A stretch of DNA of 64,000 bases from Gemmatimonadales bacterium (GTDB lineage Bacteria > Gemmatimonadota > Gemmatimonadetes > Gemmatimonadales > GWC2-71-9). Location: assembly GCA_035553475.1 (NCBI GenBank), contig DATNDQ010000015.1, positions 10,118 through 74,117 on the forward strand. The letters are read 5' to 3'. Below, piece after piece: positions 25,427 to 35,537 of the stretch (position 1 is the first letter of the stretch; each line of letters opens with the position of its first letter). The notes below the pieces were generated by a model. It did not search any database, was not told the origin of the DNA, and saw only the letters and a program-made list of their open reading frames with translations. The translations under genes and the position numbers were made by a program.

Positions 25427-26578
25427 TTAGCTCCGGTAGAGCCACCCGGCGCCGGTGTTGAAAATGACGACGCGCTCGGTAGCCTTGATGGTACCTGTGG
25501 CGAGGAGCTCAACGGCGGCAGCGAGGGCCGCGCCACCCTCAGGTGCTGCGTCCACGCCCTCCTGCCCCTGCAGATCATCGGACGCCCTGGTGAGCGCCTG
25601 GTCGGATACGGCCACCGCGCCGCCGCCACTCTCACGCAAGGCCTGCAGCATCAGGCGGTCACCGAGTGGGCCGGGCACCCGCAGCCCCGCGGCCACTGTC
25701 TCCGGGTTGGGCCAGGGAGTGCAGTGATCGGCGCCATCCCGGAATGCCTGCACCACCGGTGCACAGCCCGTCGCCTGGACGGTGAACATCCGCGGCAAAC
25801 CACCGCGGACCCATCCGGCGTCACGCAGCTCGTTGAACGCCTTCCACATGCCGATCAGTCCGGTTCCGCCGCCCGTGGGATAGACGATGACGTCCGGTAG
25901 AGTCCACCCTAACTGCTCAGCCAACTCGAGGCCGAGAGTCTTCTTGCCCTCGATTCGGTAGGGTTCGCGAAGCGTCGAGACGTCCACCGCCCCGGTTTCC
26001 GCCGCGTACGCGCGGGCCGCTTTCCCGCAGTCGCCGATGTGCCCGTCGATGAGCTGGAGATCGGCGCCGAAGCGCTGGATCTGCGACAGAATGGTCCGTG
26101 GAGTAGAGGCGGGAGCGTATACGCGGGCGGTCACGCCGGCGCGGGTGGCGTAGGCCGCCAGCGAAACGCCGGCATTGCCCGCGGTGGGCACGACGAATCG
26201 CGTGGCGCCCGCGAGCACTGCCCGGGTGACCGCGGCGGCAAGTCCCCGCGCCTTGAATGAGCCGGTCGGATTCAGTCCCTCGTCCTTGACGAACAAGTTC
26301 TTGAATCCCGCCTTCTTTCCGAGGCGGCCAAGCGGAAGGAGTGGGGTGCCCCCTTCGCCCAGCGTAATCGGCTGCTCGCCATCGGCGAGCGGAAGCCACT
26401 CACGGTAGCGCCACATGTTCCGGCGGCGGTCCTTCAGGAGCGACTTTGCTTCCGCCGGAGGATGGCCAGGGTATTTCACGAGATACGGCGCGCCATCGTG
26501 AGGGCACACGCCAGGCAGCCCGTCGGCGCTGCGGGTGTCGTTACAACGGGAGCACACGAGGGTCCACGGGAGAGTCAT
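25427..26578 (-). CDS. thrC: Threonine synthase family PLP-dependent enzyme with N-terminal zinc ribbon
   Basis: ORF 25427..26578. Features are CSRCNDT...CPHDG, the PLP-lysine motif NPTGSFKARG, and the Gly-rich loop YPTGGGTGLIG. The specific substrate was not verified. Confidence 0.65.
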   Translation of the reverse strand: MTLPWTLVCSRCNDTRSADGLPGVCPHDGAPYLVKYPGHPPAEAKSLLKDRRRNMWRYREWLPLADGEQPITLGEGGTPLLPLGRLGKKAGFKNLFVKDEGLNPTGSFKARGLAAAVTRAVLAGATRFVVPTAGNAGVSLAAYATRAGVTARVYAPASTPRTILSQIQRFGADLQLIDGHIGDCGKAARAYAAETGAVDVSTLREPYRIEGKKTLGLELAEQLGWTLPDVIVYPTGGGTGLIGMWKAFNELRDAGWVRGGLPRMFTVQATGCAPVVQAFRDGADHCTPWPNPETVAAGLRVPGPLGDRLMLQALRESGGGAVAVSDQALTRASDDLQGQEGVDAAPEGGAALAAAVELLATGTIKATERVVIFNTGAGWLYRS

Positions 26579-28386
26579 TACCGGTCTTTCAGACGGTCGA
26601 GGATACGTTCCGCCAGCGCGGTGGAGAATCCGGGCAGCGCGGCGATTTCAGCTGGGGTCGCTGTTTTCACACCCGCCAGCGATCCGAAGCGCTCAAGAAG
26701 CGACTTGCGACGGTTTGGTCCGATCCCGCGGATCTCCAACAGGGCGGATGTGATGGTGCGGGCCGAACGGCGCTTGCGGCTGTAGGTGACGGCGAACCGG
26801 TGGGCCTCGTCGCGGGCCCGCTGCAGGAGCCGCAAGGACGGACTCCGGCGGGAGAGAACCAATGGCTCAGCGCGATCCGGGAAGAACACGTGCTCTTCCC
26901 TCTTGGCGAGGCTCACCAGGGGGAGTGCCGGTGCCCCCGCTCCTCGCGCGGCGTCCACCGCGGCCGATAGCTGTCCTTTTCCCCCGTCGATCACCGCCAG
27001 GTCGGGGAGGGCCTTCTGCTCGGCGAGCCGGCGCGTCACGAACCGGGTGATCACCTCGTGGATCGCCGCAAAGTCATCCTGCTGGGCCGGGCCCTTGATC
27101 TTGTACCGCCGGTACTCGCTCTTCTTGGGACGCCCCGACTCGAACCAGACCAACGACCCGACGGTGTCCCGCCCCTGGTTCGTGGAGATGTCGACACAGA
27201 TAAAGGCTCGAGGGACGGCGGCGAGCCCGAGATCGCGGCCGAGGGCGTAGACCGGATCGGCGGCCCGCTCTTCGATGTCGAACGACTCGATCATCAGTGA
27301 ATCGAGCAGGTGCCGGGCGTTCTGCTCCGCGACGGCCACCACACGGGCATTCGCCCCCCGTTGGGGCGTCAGCCACTCGACATCCGGTGACAGGGACCGC
27401 AACGCTTCGAAGTCATCGGGCCCGAATGGCAAGAGCACCCGATTGGCGCGCTGCTCGAGCGGGAGGTAGTACCGCACCAGAAATGCCGACAACACCGCCG
27501 CCTCGGTCTCACCCTCCGCGTGCTCGAGGAAGCGATGCTCCCGGGCGACGACACGGCCCTCCCGGACGCGGAGAATGACGCCACAGGCGTCATCTCCGTC
27601 CCGGGCGAAGCCGATGGCGTCCGCGTCTCCGCCCCCCACCTGCTCCACCGCCTGCGGGCGGTCGATCTGCTCGAGCCAGCGGATGGCATCCCGCAGCTGG
27701 GCGGCCCGCTCGTAGTCCTGGACCCGGCTCGCCTCGTTCATGCGCTCCCGGAGCCGGGTCCGTACGTCGACCGTTTTCCCCTCAAGGAACAGGAGGACGT
27801 CGTCGATCATGCGGCGATAGTCCTCCTGTGACTGATAGTTCACACAGGGGGCCTTGCACCGCTCGATGTGATAGTCCAGGCAGGGCCGGTCTGGGCGTTC
27901 TTCCGGAAGCTTCCAGTTGCAGGACCGGACCGTGAAGAGGCGCCGGATGATCTGCAGGGTTTGCCGCAACGTTCCGACGTCGGTATAGGGGCCGTAGTAC
28001 CGGGCTCCCGGGATGGTCACCCGTCGTACGACGAGTATCCGTGGGAACGGTTCCCCCATCGTGACCGCGATCTGGGGATAGCTCTTGTCGTCCCGCAGGA
28101 GAACGTTGAACCGCGGGCTGTGGGCCTTGATGAGGTTGTTTTCGAGGAGCAATGCCTCGGCTTCGGTCGGCACGACGATGGTTTCGACCGCCGCGATCTG
28201 CCGCACCAGTGCCTCGTGCTTGACGACGTCCTCGTGATCGGGCCCGAAGTACGACCGGACGCGCGAGCGGAGGCTCTTGGCCTTCCCCACGTACAAAATC
28301 CCCCCCTCGGCGTCTTTCCAGAGATAGACGCCGGGGCGGTCGGGCAGAGTCGCTAGCGTGCGGACGAGTTCCGGAGGTATTGCCAT
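26578..28386 (-). CDS. uvrC: Excinuclease ABC subunit C
   Basis: ORF 26578..28386. It has a GIY-YIG domain (PGVYLWKDAEGGILYVGKAKSLRSRV), a UVR domain (YERAAQLRDAIRWLE) and a C-terminal (HhH)2 domain. Confidence 0.95.
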   Translation of the reverse strand: MAIPPELVRTLATLPDRPGVYLWKDAEGGILYVGKAKSLRSRVRSYFGPDHEDVVKHEALVRQIAAVETIVVPTEAEALLLENNLIKAHSPRFNVLLRDDKSYPQIAVTMGEPFPRILVVRRVTIPGARYYGPYTDVGTLRQTLQIIRRLFTVRSCNWKLPEERPDRPCLDYHIERCKAPCVNYQSQEDYRRMIDDVLLFLEGKTVDVRTRLRERMNEASRVQDYERAAQLRDAIRWLEQIDRPQAVEQVGGGDADAIGFARDGDDACGVILRVREGRVVAREHRFLEHAEGETEAAVLSAFLVRYYLPLEQRANRVLLPFGPDDFEALRSLSPDVEWLTPQRGANARVVAVAEQNARHLLDSLMIESFDIEERAADPVYALGRDLGLAAVPRAFICVDISTNQGRDTVGSLVWFESGRPKKSEYRRYKIKGPAQQDDFAAIHEVITRFVTRRLAEQKALPDLAVIDGGKGQLSAAVDAARGAGAPALPLVSLAKREEHVFFPDRAEPLVLSRRSPSLRLLQRARDEAHRFAVTYSRKRRSARTITSALLEIRGIGPNRRKSLLERFGSLAGVKTATPAEIAALPGFSTALAERILDRLKDR

Positions 28387-29930
28387 AGGCGCATCGCGTC
28401 AGGGTGCCGGAGCAGTACCGTCACGGCTCCGTACACCACCCCAAACATAGCGAAGGCGAGCGCGGCCAATGGAATGGGGGGCAGGCCCTGCGCGAGGCGG
28501 GCGACCACCCACCCCGCCCCTCCCGCGAGGAGCGCGCCGCCGAGGGCGGATGCGAAGTACCGCCAATCGGCGACGTGCAGGATCCGTCCGATCCGGTGAT
28601 TTAAATCGCGCACGTGGAAGACGAGGCTCACCGACCATCCGATGGAGGAGCCGAGCGCGATGCCGGCGGGGCCGAGCCAGCGAAGCAGCAGGAAGGCGGA
28701 GAGGCCGGCGAGCACGAGGCACGAAATCGCGATCGTGACCGGCGTGCGTGTATCACGCATGGCGTAAAACCCCGACGCAAACAGCTTGACGGACGCCTGC
28801 CCCAGCAGCCCGACGCCGTAGGCGGCGAGCACCAGACCTACCAGGTGCGAGTCACGTGCTTCAAAGCGTCCGGTCTGGAAGATCGCGGCGGCGAGCACGG
28901 TTCCCAGGGCGATGAAGGCGACGGCGGACGGGAGCACGAAGTAGGCGATGCGGCGGAATCCCATTGCGACGCGGGTGCGCAGAAGCTGATCGGCGCCCTC
29001 GGAGACGGCTTCGCGCGAGAGATCGGGCAGGGCGACGGCATTGACGGAGGCGCCAAAGAGACTGACCGGCAGGACCTGCACGAGCTGGGCGTATCCCAGA
29101 GTGGAGGTCCCGCCATGTCCGGTGAGCGTCGACAGGAGCGCGTCAACCAGACCGGAGAGCTGTGCCGCCCCTGCCCCCACCACCACGGGAATGAGGGCTC
29201 GCACCACGTCTCGAGTCCCCTCTGGAAGCAGCGAAGCCCGGACGGGGATCCCCCGGAGCAGGCGCCAGCAGGTGGGGAGCTGAACGGCGATCTGCAAGAC
29301 TGATCCCGCCACCGTTCCCCAGGCCAGAGCGAGCGCCAGCTGATGGAGCTGCGCCTCCACGGGCAAGGTCCGGTTCACGTACCACGTCGCTCCCCCGATC
29401 ATCGCGACGATGCCTGCAACGTTCCACATGGCGGGCGCGGCGTACGGCAGGAAGAAACGGCGGTGGGTATTCAGGATTCCCAAGCACCACGCGGAGACCA
29501 CCATGAGCCCGGTCATGGGAAAGAGGATGCGGACCAGAGTGACGGTCAGCTCCTTCCGCGGCTCATCGAACCCGGCGGCAATTACGGTGGTGATCGCGGG
29601 TGCGAACGCGATGCCGAGCGCCGCGAGGACGCCGGTGGCGAGCAGTACCAACCCCAGCACGGCCCCGGCCAGAGCCCGGGCGGCCGTCTTGTCTTCCCGC
29701 TCATTGAGGGCCGCGTAGACGGGGATGAATGAGGCGGAGAGGGTCCCCTCGCCCAGCAGGTTCCGGATGGTGTTCGGAATCCGGAGCGCGATGCGGAAGG
29801 CGTCCGCCGGGATGGTGTCGTTGCCGAAATAGTGCGCGAAGACTCGCTCGCGGACGAATCCGAGCACCCGGCTGACCAGAATGCCCGCGGCCACCAGCGC
29901 GGCGTGGCGGCCGCCGCTCTCGCGTGGCAT
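28353..29930 (-). CDS. murJ: Lipid II flippase MurJ (MviN)
   Basis: ORF 28353..29930. The N-terminal pattern SRVLGFVRERVFAHYFG...ADAF..ALRIPN.IRNLLGEG.LSASFIPV is typical of MurJ, and about 14 TM helices are present. Confidence 0.9.
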   Translation of the reverse strand: MPRESGGRHAALVAAGILVSRVLGFVRERVFAHYFGNDTIPADAFRIALRIPNTIRNLLGEGTLSASFIPVYAALNEREDKTAARALAGAVLGLVLLATGVLAALGIAFAPAITTVIAAGFDEPRKELTVTLVRILFPMTGLMVVSAWCLGILNTHRRFFLPYAAPAMWNVAGIVAMIGGATWYVNRTLPVEAQLHQLALALAWGTVAGSVLQIAVQLPTCWRLLRGIPVRASLLPEGTRDVVRALIPVVVGAGAAQLSGLVDALLSTLTGHGGTSTLGYAQLVQVLPVSLFGASVNAVALPDLSREAVSEGADQLLRTRVAMGFRRIAYFVLPSAVAFIALGTVLAAAIFQTGRFEARDSHLVGLVLAAYGVGLLGQASVKLFASGFYAMRDTRTPVTIAISCLVLAGLSAFLLLRWLGPAGIALGSSIGWSVSLVFHVRDLNHRIGRILHVADWRYFASALGGALLAGGAGWVVARLAQGLPPIPLAALAFAMFGVVYGAVTVLLRHPDAMRLWQYLRNSSAR

Positions 29931-30193
29931 CAGGTCTTGGGCTTTTCGAGCAGCTTCTGGACGAACTGAACTTCGTCGCGCGTGGAGGACAGGAGGGACT
30001 TCATTTCCTCCACGTCGGCTTCGAGGAGGTCGACCTTGCGCTGCAGCTCCTTCACATCAGAACCGGCTTGCGACTCGACCTGCCCGTCCATCCGGCGCGC
30101 GAACGATCGGCCCAGTGGTGAATCCACCAGGATGGCCGTGATCGGAATGAGGAGGGCGATGAAGAGTACCGCGCCGAGGACGATTTCCCACAT
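29930..30193 (-). CDS. Small membrane-anchored coiled-coil protein (function unknown)
   Basis: ORF 29930..30193, sharing 1 nt with the murJ start. One N-terminal TM helix (IVLGAVLFIALLIPITAILV) is followed by a heptad-like acidic helix (LQRKVDLLEADVEEMKSLL). No family was recognised. Confidence 0.55.
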   Translation of the reverse strand: MWEIVLGAVLFIALLIPITAILVDSPLGRSFARRMDGQVESQAGSDVKELQRKVDLLEADVEEMKSLLSSTRDEVQFVQKLLEKPKT

Positions 30194-30203
30194 ACGCAGG
30201 ATT

Positions 30204-31628
30204 CTAGAGAGCGTCGGTCCAGCGCGCCACCTCGCGCGCCAGCTCGTCCACGAGCGCCGGGCCGTAGCGCAGCAGGAACGAGGCGACCGTCAGCGAACGC
30301 TCCTGTGGCGCGCCGAGGGGGTACAGGGCGGCGCGTGCCTTCACGATCTGACCGGTGAGCGTCTCGTGTGTCCGCTTGACGCTGGCGACCAGCTTTTTCT
30401 CGATCTCCTGGGTGCCCCCGAGGGCCTGGTTGCGGGTCGACTGCACGGTTCGCTCGAGCGTCGGATCGATCGTGGCCGCGGCCTTGGCCAGGGCGTCGTA
30501 CTCGGCCGTCAACGAGGTCCGCAGCCGCTCGAGCAACTCCAGCGTCTCCGGGGGCAGCGCCCCCTTGGCGATGCGGCCTTCGAGCGCTCCGGCGGGTGGC
30601 TTCAGGTCATCCATGGTGATCCGGTGCCGTTCGAGCACCTTTTCGACCTTCGATTCAATCAAGATCCCGGACCAGCGTGGCATCGGCGTCTGCGGAGTGA
30701 GGCCAAGGGCGGCGTGACAAGGCGCCGCATCGGGGAGGTACTGGAGCTCCCCGGGGCCCGCACAGTACGCGACGGTGGGAAAGAGGGCGGCTTCCACCGC
30801 CGGACGCAGGAGGACGTTGGGCGAGAGGCGGTCGGGCGCGGTCCTGGCGATTCCTTCGAGGTCGGAGCGGCTGAAACGCTCCTCGCTGCGTCTGGTGACG
30901 AACATCTTCCCGTCTGCCCGGAGGCGGTCCCGCCCCAGCTTCCCTTCCACCAACACCGGTGACAGCCCGTCGGGCAGCACGACGTCGAGGGCCTTCAGGA
31001 GCAAGGGAGCGGCTGCTCGCTTGGCCGAGGACGCGTGCGCTCGAAACACCGCAAGGCCGCGGGATGCGAGGAGCCCGTTGATTGCATCCGCAAAGGCGTC
31101 GGCCAAATTCACGTCGGGGCGATAGGCGTCGCCGAGCCAGCTGAGGACGGCGGACTTGAACTCGCTGTCGGGAGTCTTGATCCGGAGGTCCTCGAGTGCC
31201 CTGGTGGCGTCGTCACCACAGCGTTCCCGGAAGAGAGAGAGCTGGGGAGCGTCAGCGGGGCGGTCGCGCAATACCAGGGACTGTGCGTCTCCCGCCGCAT
31301 CGAGGAAGGCGCAGTGATTCGCTTCGGCGAAGTCGGCGTCGTCGCCCGCCGCCCAGAACACGGGGACCACCGGCACCTGACGCTCCCGCTCGAGTCGAGC
31401 GGCCAGGGCGACCGCGGAGAGTGCCTTGTGAATGGTGTACAGAGGCCCGGTGAACAGCCCGGGCTGTTGCCCGGTGGTGACCACCAGTACCTCGCTCTTC
31501 GCGAGCCGGTCCCGCCCGGGCCCGGGGAGCACGGCCTCCAGCACATCGGGTGACACGCGATGCGGCACGCCGGCTCTGGGCCTGCGTGCGTCGGCTGTGA
31601 TCGGAGTCGCGAGCACCCGCGGCATCAT
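30204..31628 (-). CDS. bshC: Bacillithiol biosynthesis cysteine-adding enzyme BshC-like (UPF0747)
   Basis: ORF 30204..31628. The motif VVTTGQQPGLFTGPLYTIHKALSAVALA matches the BshC signature GQQ.GL.GGPLY...K. Confidence 0.7.
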   Translation of the reverse strand: MMPRVLATPITADARRPRAGVPHRVSPDVLEAVLPGPGRDRLAKSEVLVVTTGQQPGLFTGPLYTIHKALSAVALAARLERERQVPVVPVFWAAGDDADFAEANHCAFLDAAGDAQSLVLRDRPADAPQLSLFRERCGDDATRALEDLRIKTPDSEFKSAVLSWLGDAYRPDVNLADAFADAINGLLASRGLAVFRAHASSAKRAAAPLLLKALDVVLPDGLSPVLVEGKLGRDRLRADGKMFVTRRSEERFSRSDLEGIARTAPDRLSPNVLLRPAVEAALFPTVAYCAGPGELQYLPDAAPCHAALGLTPQTPMPRWSGILIESKVEKVLERHRITMDDLKPPAGALEGRIAKGALPPETLELLERLRTSLTAEYDALAKAAATIDPTLERTVQSTRNQALGGTQEIEKKLVASVKRTHETLTGQIVKARAALYPLGAPQERSLTVASFLLRYGPALVDELAREVARWTDAL

Positions 31629-32134
31629 TCCCTGCTCTCCTCTTCGAAGACGTCCGCTTGAAACGTCAGAACCCGGGTCCCGGGTTCACGCCAGGCACCC
31701 TTTGGGAGGCCCGCCTTCTCGCAGGTCGCGTCCAGGAACTGGGCCGGTCCCCATCCCAGCTCCGGCGCCACCTGAGGGAGCAGCAAGCCCCGGGCATTTC
31801 CCCGCTCCACGATCAGGCCGTCACGGCCGATGAGGATCGACTCGGGGTCCAATGGGTCGACCGGCGTGGGGGTCGTGAGTACCGAAATCTCGATCCTTAC
31901 GCGGCCCAGCTCGTCAGGGGTCAGCGGCGGAAATCGCGGATCGTCCCGCGCCGCCGAGACCGCCAGCCCAGGGATCACGTCGCCGAGCGGCCGATCTGCG
32001 CTGATGTGCCCGAGGCATCCTCGGAGTTCGTCCCCAATCCGGAGGGTGACGAAGGCCCCCCGGCGAACAGCGGGAACATGGATCGAGACCGGTAACCCGC
32101 GGCGCAGCGTGTGCTCCAGGGCCATCCGGGCCAC
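31625..32134 (-). CDS. AMMECR1 domain protein
   Basis: 3' part of ORF 31625..32290. The motifs GAFVTLRIGDELRGCLGHI and RGLLLPQV are the AMMECR1 signature. The start is uncertain: TTG 32143, GTG 32134 and ATG 32125 lie after the rlmH stop, whereas ATG 32254 or 32290 would overlap rlmH by 86-122 nt. Confidence 0.7.
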   Translation of the reverse strand: MARMALEHTLRRGLPVSIHVPAVRRGAFVTLRIGDELRGCLGHISADRPLGDVIPGLAVSAARDDPRFPPLTPDELGRVRIEISVLTTPTPVDPLDPESILIGRDGLIVERGNARGLLLPQVAPELGWGPAQFLDATCEKAGLPKGAWREPGTRVLTFQADVFEEESRE

Positions 32135-32168
32135 CGCAAGCAACCCGTGCCGAGCTTCGGGCGTGAGC

Positions 32169-32594
32169 TCAGGGTCCCCGGTGATAGGGCTCTCCCCGCC
32201 TGATCGTGTAGGCGCGATAGAGCTGCTCCAACACCACCACGCGAGCCAGCTCATGGGGCAACGTGAGAGCGGAGAGGGACCAGACGTCATCCGCCCTCTT
32301 CATCACCTCATCCGGCAACGCCGTGGCCCCACCGATGGCGAAGACCACGTCCCGGGCCTCCCGTTCCCAGCGCTCGGTATGGTTCGCCAAGTCACGGGAA
32401 GACCATGGATCGCCAGTCCGCGACAACGCGACGAGGCGCGTCCCGGCCGGGATGACCCCCAGGAGACGCGCCTCGTCCTTCACTTCCGTTTCGTCGACTT
32501 TGGCGTAGTGGGAGAGCCGCTCCAGGTACCCGTCACACGCCGCGCGGAGCGCCGCATCCTTCATGCGGCCCACCGCGGCGACGCGATACTTCAT
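32169..32594 (-). CDS. rlmH: 23S rRNA (pseudouridine1915-N3)-methyltransferase RlmH
   Basis: 3' part of ORF 32169..32789, starting at ATG 32594 ([13 protein letters not shown]...). The C-terminus LSALTLPHELARVVVLEQLYRAYTIRRGEPYH is the SPOUT RlmH signature. Confidence 0.9.
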   Translation of the reverse strand: MKYRVAAVGRMKDAALRAACDGYLERLSHYAKVDETEVKDEARLLGVIPAGTRLVALSRTGDPWSSRDLANHTERWEREARDVVFAIGGATALPDEVMKRADDVWSLSALTLPHELARVVVLEQLYRAYTIRRGEPYHRGP

Positions 32595-33880
32595 CAGGCA
32601 TACATCCCACGCAACCGGTGCATGGCGGCCACTCGGTCGATGGACAGCATGTACGCCGCGATCCGGGTGTTGACCTTGTGCTTGTCGGCCAGGGCCACCA
32701 CGTCGTTGAACGACTTCACCATGATCTGCTCGAGGCGGCTGTTCACCGTCGCCTCGTCCCAGAAGTAGCCGCCCCGGTCCTGCACCCACTCGAAGTAGCT
32801 GACGGTCACGCCGCCGGCATTCGCGAGGATGTCCGGGATGACGAAAATCCCCTTGTCCTGGAGGATCTTGTCGGCGCCCGGTGTGGTGGGCCCGTTTGCG
32901 CCCTCGCAGATGATCTTCGCCTTGATCTTGGGCGCGTTCTTGGACGTGATGACGTTCTCGAGGGCCGCGGGCACCAGCACATCACAGTCGCAGGTGATCA
33001 GCTGCTCGTTGGTGATCGCCTCGGCCTTCGGGTACCCGGCCAGCTGGCGGTGTTCGCGCACCCATTGAATCAGGTCGGGAACATCGAGGCCTTTGGGGTT
33101 GATCAGCCCGCCCGATTTGTCCGACACGGCCACGATGGTCGCGCCCTCCTTGGCGAGCAGGTCGGCGGAGATCGAGCCGACGTTCCCGAAGCCCATGACG
33201 GCGACGCGGGCCTGGTTCATCGGGATGCCGAGGCGCTTCAGCGCCTCGCGGGTGACGAACATGCACCCACGCCCGGTCGCCTCGCGGCGACCCAGCGATC
33301 CACCCATCTCGACCGGCTTCCCGGTGACTACTGCCGTCACCGTATGCCGTTTGTGCATCGAGTAGGTATCCATGATCCACGCCATCACCCGCTCGTTGGT
33401 ATTCACGTCGGGAGCGGGCACGTCGGAGTCGGGTCCCAGGACGTCGATGATCCCAGAGGTATAGCGGCGCGTCACCCGTTCGAGCTCGGCCATGGACATG
33501 GTCGTGGGATCGCAGATGACACCACCCTTGGCCCCACCGAACGGGATGTTCACCACCGCGCATTTCCACGTCATCCAGGCCGCCAGGGCCTTCACCTCAT
33601 CGAGCGTGACGTTCAGGTCGAACCGGATGCCGCCCTTCGCCGGGCCGCGCGACGTGTTGTAGAGCACGCGATAGCCCGTGTAGACCTCGACCTCGCCGTT
33701 GTCCCGGAGCACTGGCACCGAGACGATCAGCTGCTTTTCCGGGTGCCGGAGAATCTTGTAGAGGCCGGGGTCCAGGTTCAGGAGTTTGGCCGCGTGGTCG
33801 AAGCGCTCCATCATGGCTTCGAACGGATTCTCCTCGGCCAGGAACGTGTCTTTCTCAGGACGGATGATCGCGTCGCTCAT
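32594..33880 (-). CDS. gdhA: Glutamate dehydrogenase (Glu/Leu/Phe/Val dehydrogenase family)
   Basis: ORF 32594..33997 trimmed to ATG 33880, which overlaps the lpxK TGA. Motifs are [19 protein letters not shown] and the Rossmann motif [10 protein letters not shown]. Confidence 0.9.
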   Translation of the reverse strand: MSDAIIRPEKDTFLAEENPFEAMMERFDHAAKLLNLDPGLYKILRHPEKQLIVSVPVLRDNGEVEVYTGYRVLYNTSRGPAKGGIRFDLNVTLDEVKALAAWMTWKCAVVNIPFGGAKGGVICDPTTMSMAELERVTRRYTSGIIDVLGPDSDVPAPDVNTNERVMAWIMDTYSMHKRHTVTAVVTGKPVEMGGSLGRREATGRGCMFVTREALKRLGIPMNQARVAVMGFGNVGSISADLLAKEGATIVAVSDKSGGLINPKGLDVPDLIQWVREHRQLAGYPKAEAITNEQLITCDCDVLVPAALENVITSKNAPKIKAKIICEGANGPTTPGADKILQDKGIFVIPDILANAGGVTVSYFEWVQDRGGYFWDEATVNSRLEQIMVKSFNDVVALADKHKVNTRIAAYMLSIDRVAAMHRLRGMYA

Positions 33881-34914
33881 ATCGTCGGGGTGGAGGAATT
33901 GATTAGCGTGGACAACAGCGCCTCGAAGGCCTCTTGCCCCCGCTCCCATTGAACGCCAAGTGTCGCCACCAGCGGCTCGCGCGCTTCCGCGGGCCATCGG
34001 GAACGGAGCTTCACGGCGTCCTTTTCGGTGACTACAACATAATCGGCTGTGGCAGCGGCGTTTAGCAGGGCCGCTACGTCACCATCGTTGTAGGCGTGAT
34101 GGTCTTGGTACGTCACAAGTTGCACTGCCCCGGACCTCCCGGCGCGTTCCTGGAGCTGTGCCGCAAAAGAGTCGGGGTCGGCGATACCGGCCGCGGCCAG
34201 CAGACGCCGTCCGGCCAGTGTTTCCCCTGCTAACGCCTGACCTGACCTCAAGCCCTCGAATGCGGAGATCGCGAGGTGCACGATGCCGACGGGGGTCTTG
34301 GGCCACCTCTTGGCGAGGCGATCGGCAAGGGCGGCGGCACTCTGCGCGGACTCCCGTTTCCGGGTGACGATGATGCCGTCGGCCCGGCGCAACGCGCTCC
34401 AGCCCTCCCGCCAGGGTCCGGCGGGAAGTGGAAACGGGGAATACGCCAGGTGTTCGACGGAGACGAGGACGAGGTTGACGTCACGTCGGATTCGCAAAGT
34501 CTGAAAGGCGTCATCCAGCACCAGGAGGTCGGCCCCGGCGCGCGCGGCCGCCGTGGCGCCGGCGTGTCGATCGGGATTGGCCTGCACCACCGCCTTCGGC
34601 ACGAGCCGGGCGTGTACCAGGGGCTCGTCGTCTCCATAGCCGCGGAGCAAGATCGCCGGTCGGGCGCCATGCCCCAGGAACCAGTTTGCAATCCAGGCGG
34701 CCACCGGTGTCTTCCCCGTTCCGCCGACCGTCAGGTTCCCGACGGCGATTGACCGGAGTGGGAGCGATGACGTCGTGCGCCAACCCTGCCGGTACGCGGT
34801 CTCACGGATCCACATCACCGCTTTATAGAGGACTGCGAACGGCAAGAGGGCGATTCTCCCAATCCACGAGGTGCCGCCCCCGCCCTCCCAGAGCCACCGG
34901 ATGAAGCTCGTCAC
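33877..34914 (-). CDS. lpxK: Tetraacyldisaccharide 4'-kinase
   Basis: ORF 33877..34914. The P-loop [14 protein letters not shown] and the motif ILLRGYG match LpxK. Confidence 0.9.
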   Translation of the reverse strand: MTSFIRWLWEGGGGTSWIGRIALLPFAVLYKAVMWIRETAYRQGWRTTSSLPLRSIAVGNLTVGGTGKTPVAAWIANWFLGHGARPAILLRGYGDDEPLVHARLVPKAVVQANPDRHAGATAAARAGADLLVLDDAFQTLRIRRDVNLVLVSVEHLAYSPFPLPAGPWREGWSALRRADGIIVTRKRESAQSAAALADRLAKRWPKTPVGIVHLAISAFEGLRSGQALAGETLAGRRLLAAAGIADPDSFAAQLQERAGRSGAVQLVTYQDHHAYNDGDVAALLNAAATADYVVVTEKDAVKLRSRWPAEAREPLVATLGVQWERGQEAFEALLSTLINSSTPTI

Positions 34915-35537
34915 GACGCCGCCCCGAGATCCGTGAGCACTCGCTCGAGGTCTCCCAGCGCACGGCGCGCATCATCCTTGGCCGGGCCGAGCACGATGGG
35001 TGCTCCGAACACCACGTCTACGCGCGCGAAAGGCTTCGGGATCCGCATCCGGTCCCACGTCGGCAGGCGCCACTCGGCGCTCGCGTTTGCGGTGATGGGC
35101 ACGATGGCTGCCGACGCATGGCGCGCCGCCGAGACGATCCCCGCTTGCACCTTCTCGGCGGGTCCGCGGGGGCCGTCGGGGGTCACCGCTACGATGTTCC
35201 CCACCTCGAGCGCGCGGATGAGGCCGAGCAGGCCGATCTCCCCGCCCCGGTTGGTCGACCCCCGCACGGCCGAGTAGCCGAGCCCCGAGGCGAGGTCGGC
35301 GAGGTGGCCGCCATCCCGGTGCTTGCTGATCAGCAGGACGATGCCGCGATCGCGATGCGAGAAGAGCAACGGCAGGATGCGGCTGTGCCAGAGCGCCAGG
35401 ATGTAGGGTCGCCGCTGGGCGATCAACTCCGTGACGGGCCCTTCGCCCGAAACCCGGAACCGCCAGGTGCGCGCCAGGAGCCCGATGAGCCGCTGTCCCA
35501 CCTTCGAGAGGACGGGCTCGGCGAAAGTCAGCTTCAC
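34911..35537 (-). CDS. DUF374 / lysophospholipid acyltransferase-like protein
   Basis: ORF 34911..35537. The pattern LWHSRILPL...SKHRDGGHLADLASGLGYSAVRGSTNRGG...VAVTPDGPRGP is typical of DUF374 proteins found next to Kdo/lipid A genes. Confidence 0.7.
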   Translation of the reverse strand: MKLTFAEPVLSKVGQRLIGLLARTWRFRVSGEGPVTELIAQRRPYILALWHSRILPLLFSHRDRGIVLLISKHRDGGHLADLASGLGYSAVRGSTNRGGEIGLLGLIRALEVGNIVAVTPDGPRGPAEKVQAGIVSAARHASAAIVPITANASAEWRLPTWDRMRIPKPFARVDVVFGAPIVLGPAKDDARRALGDLERVLTDLGAAS

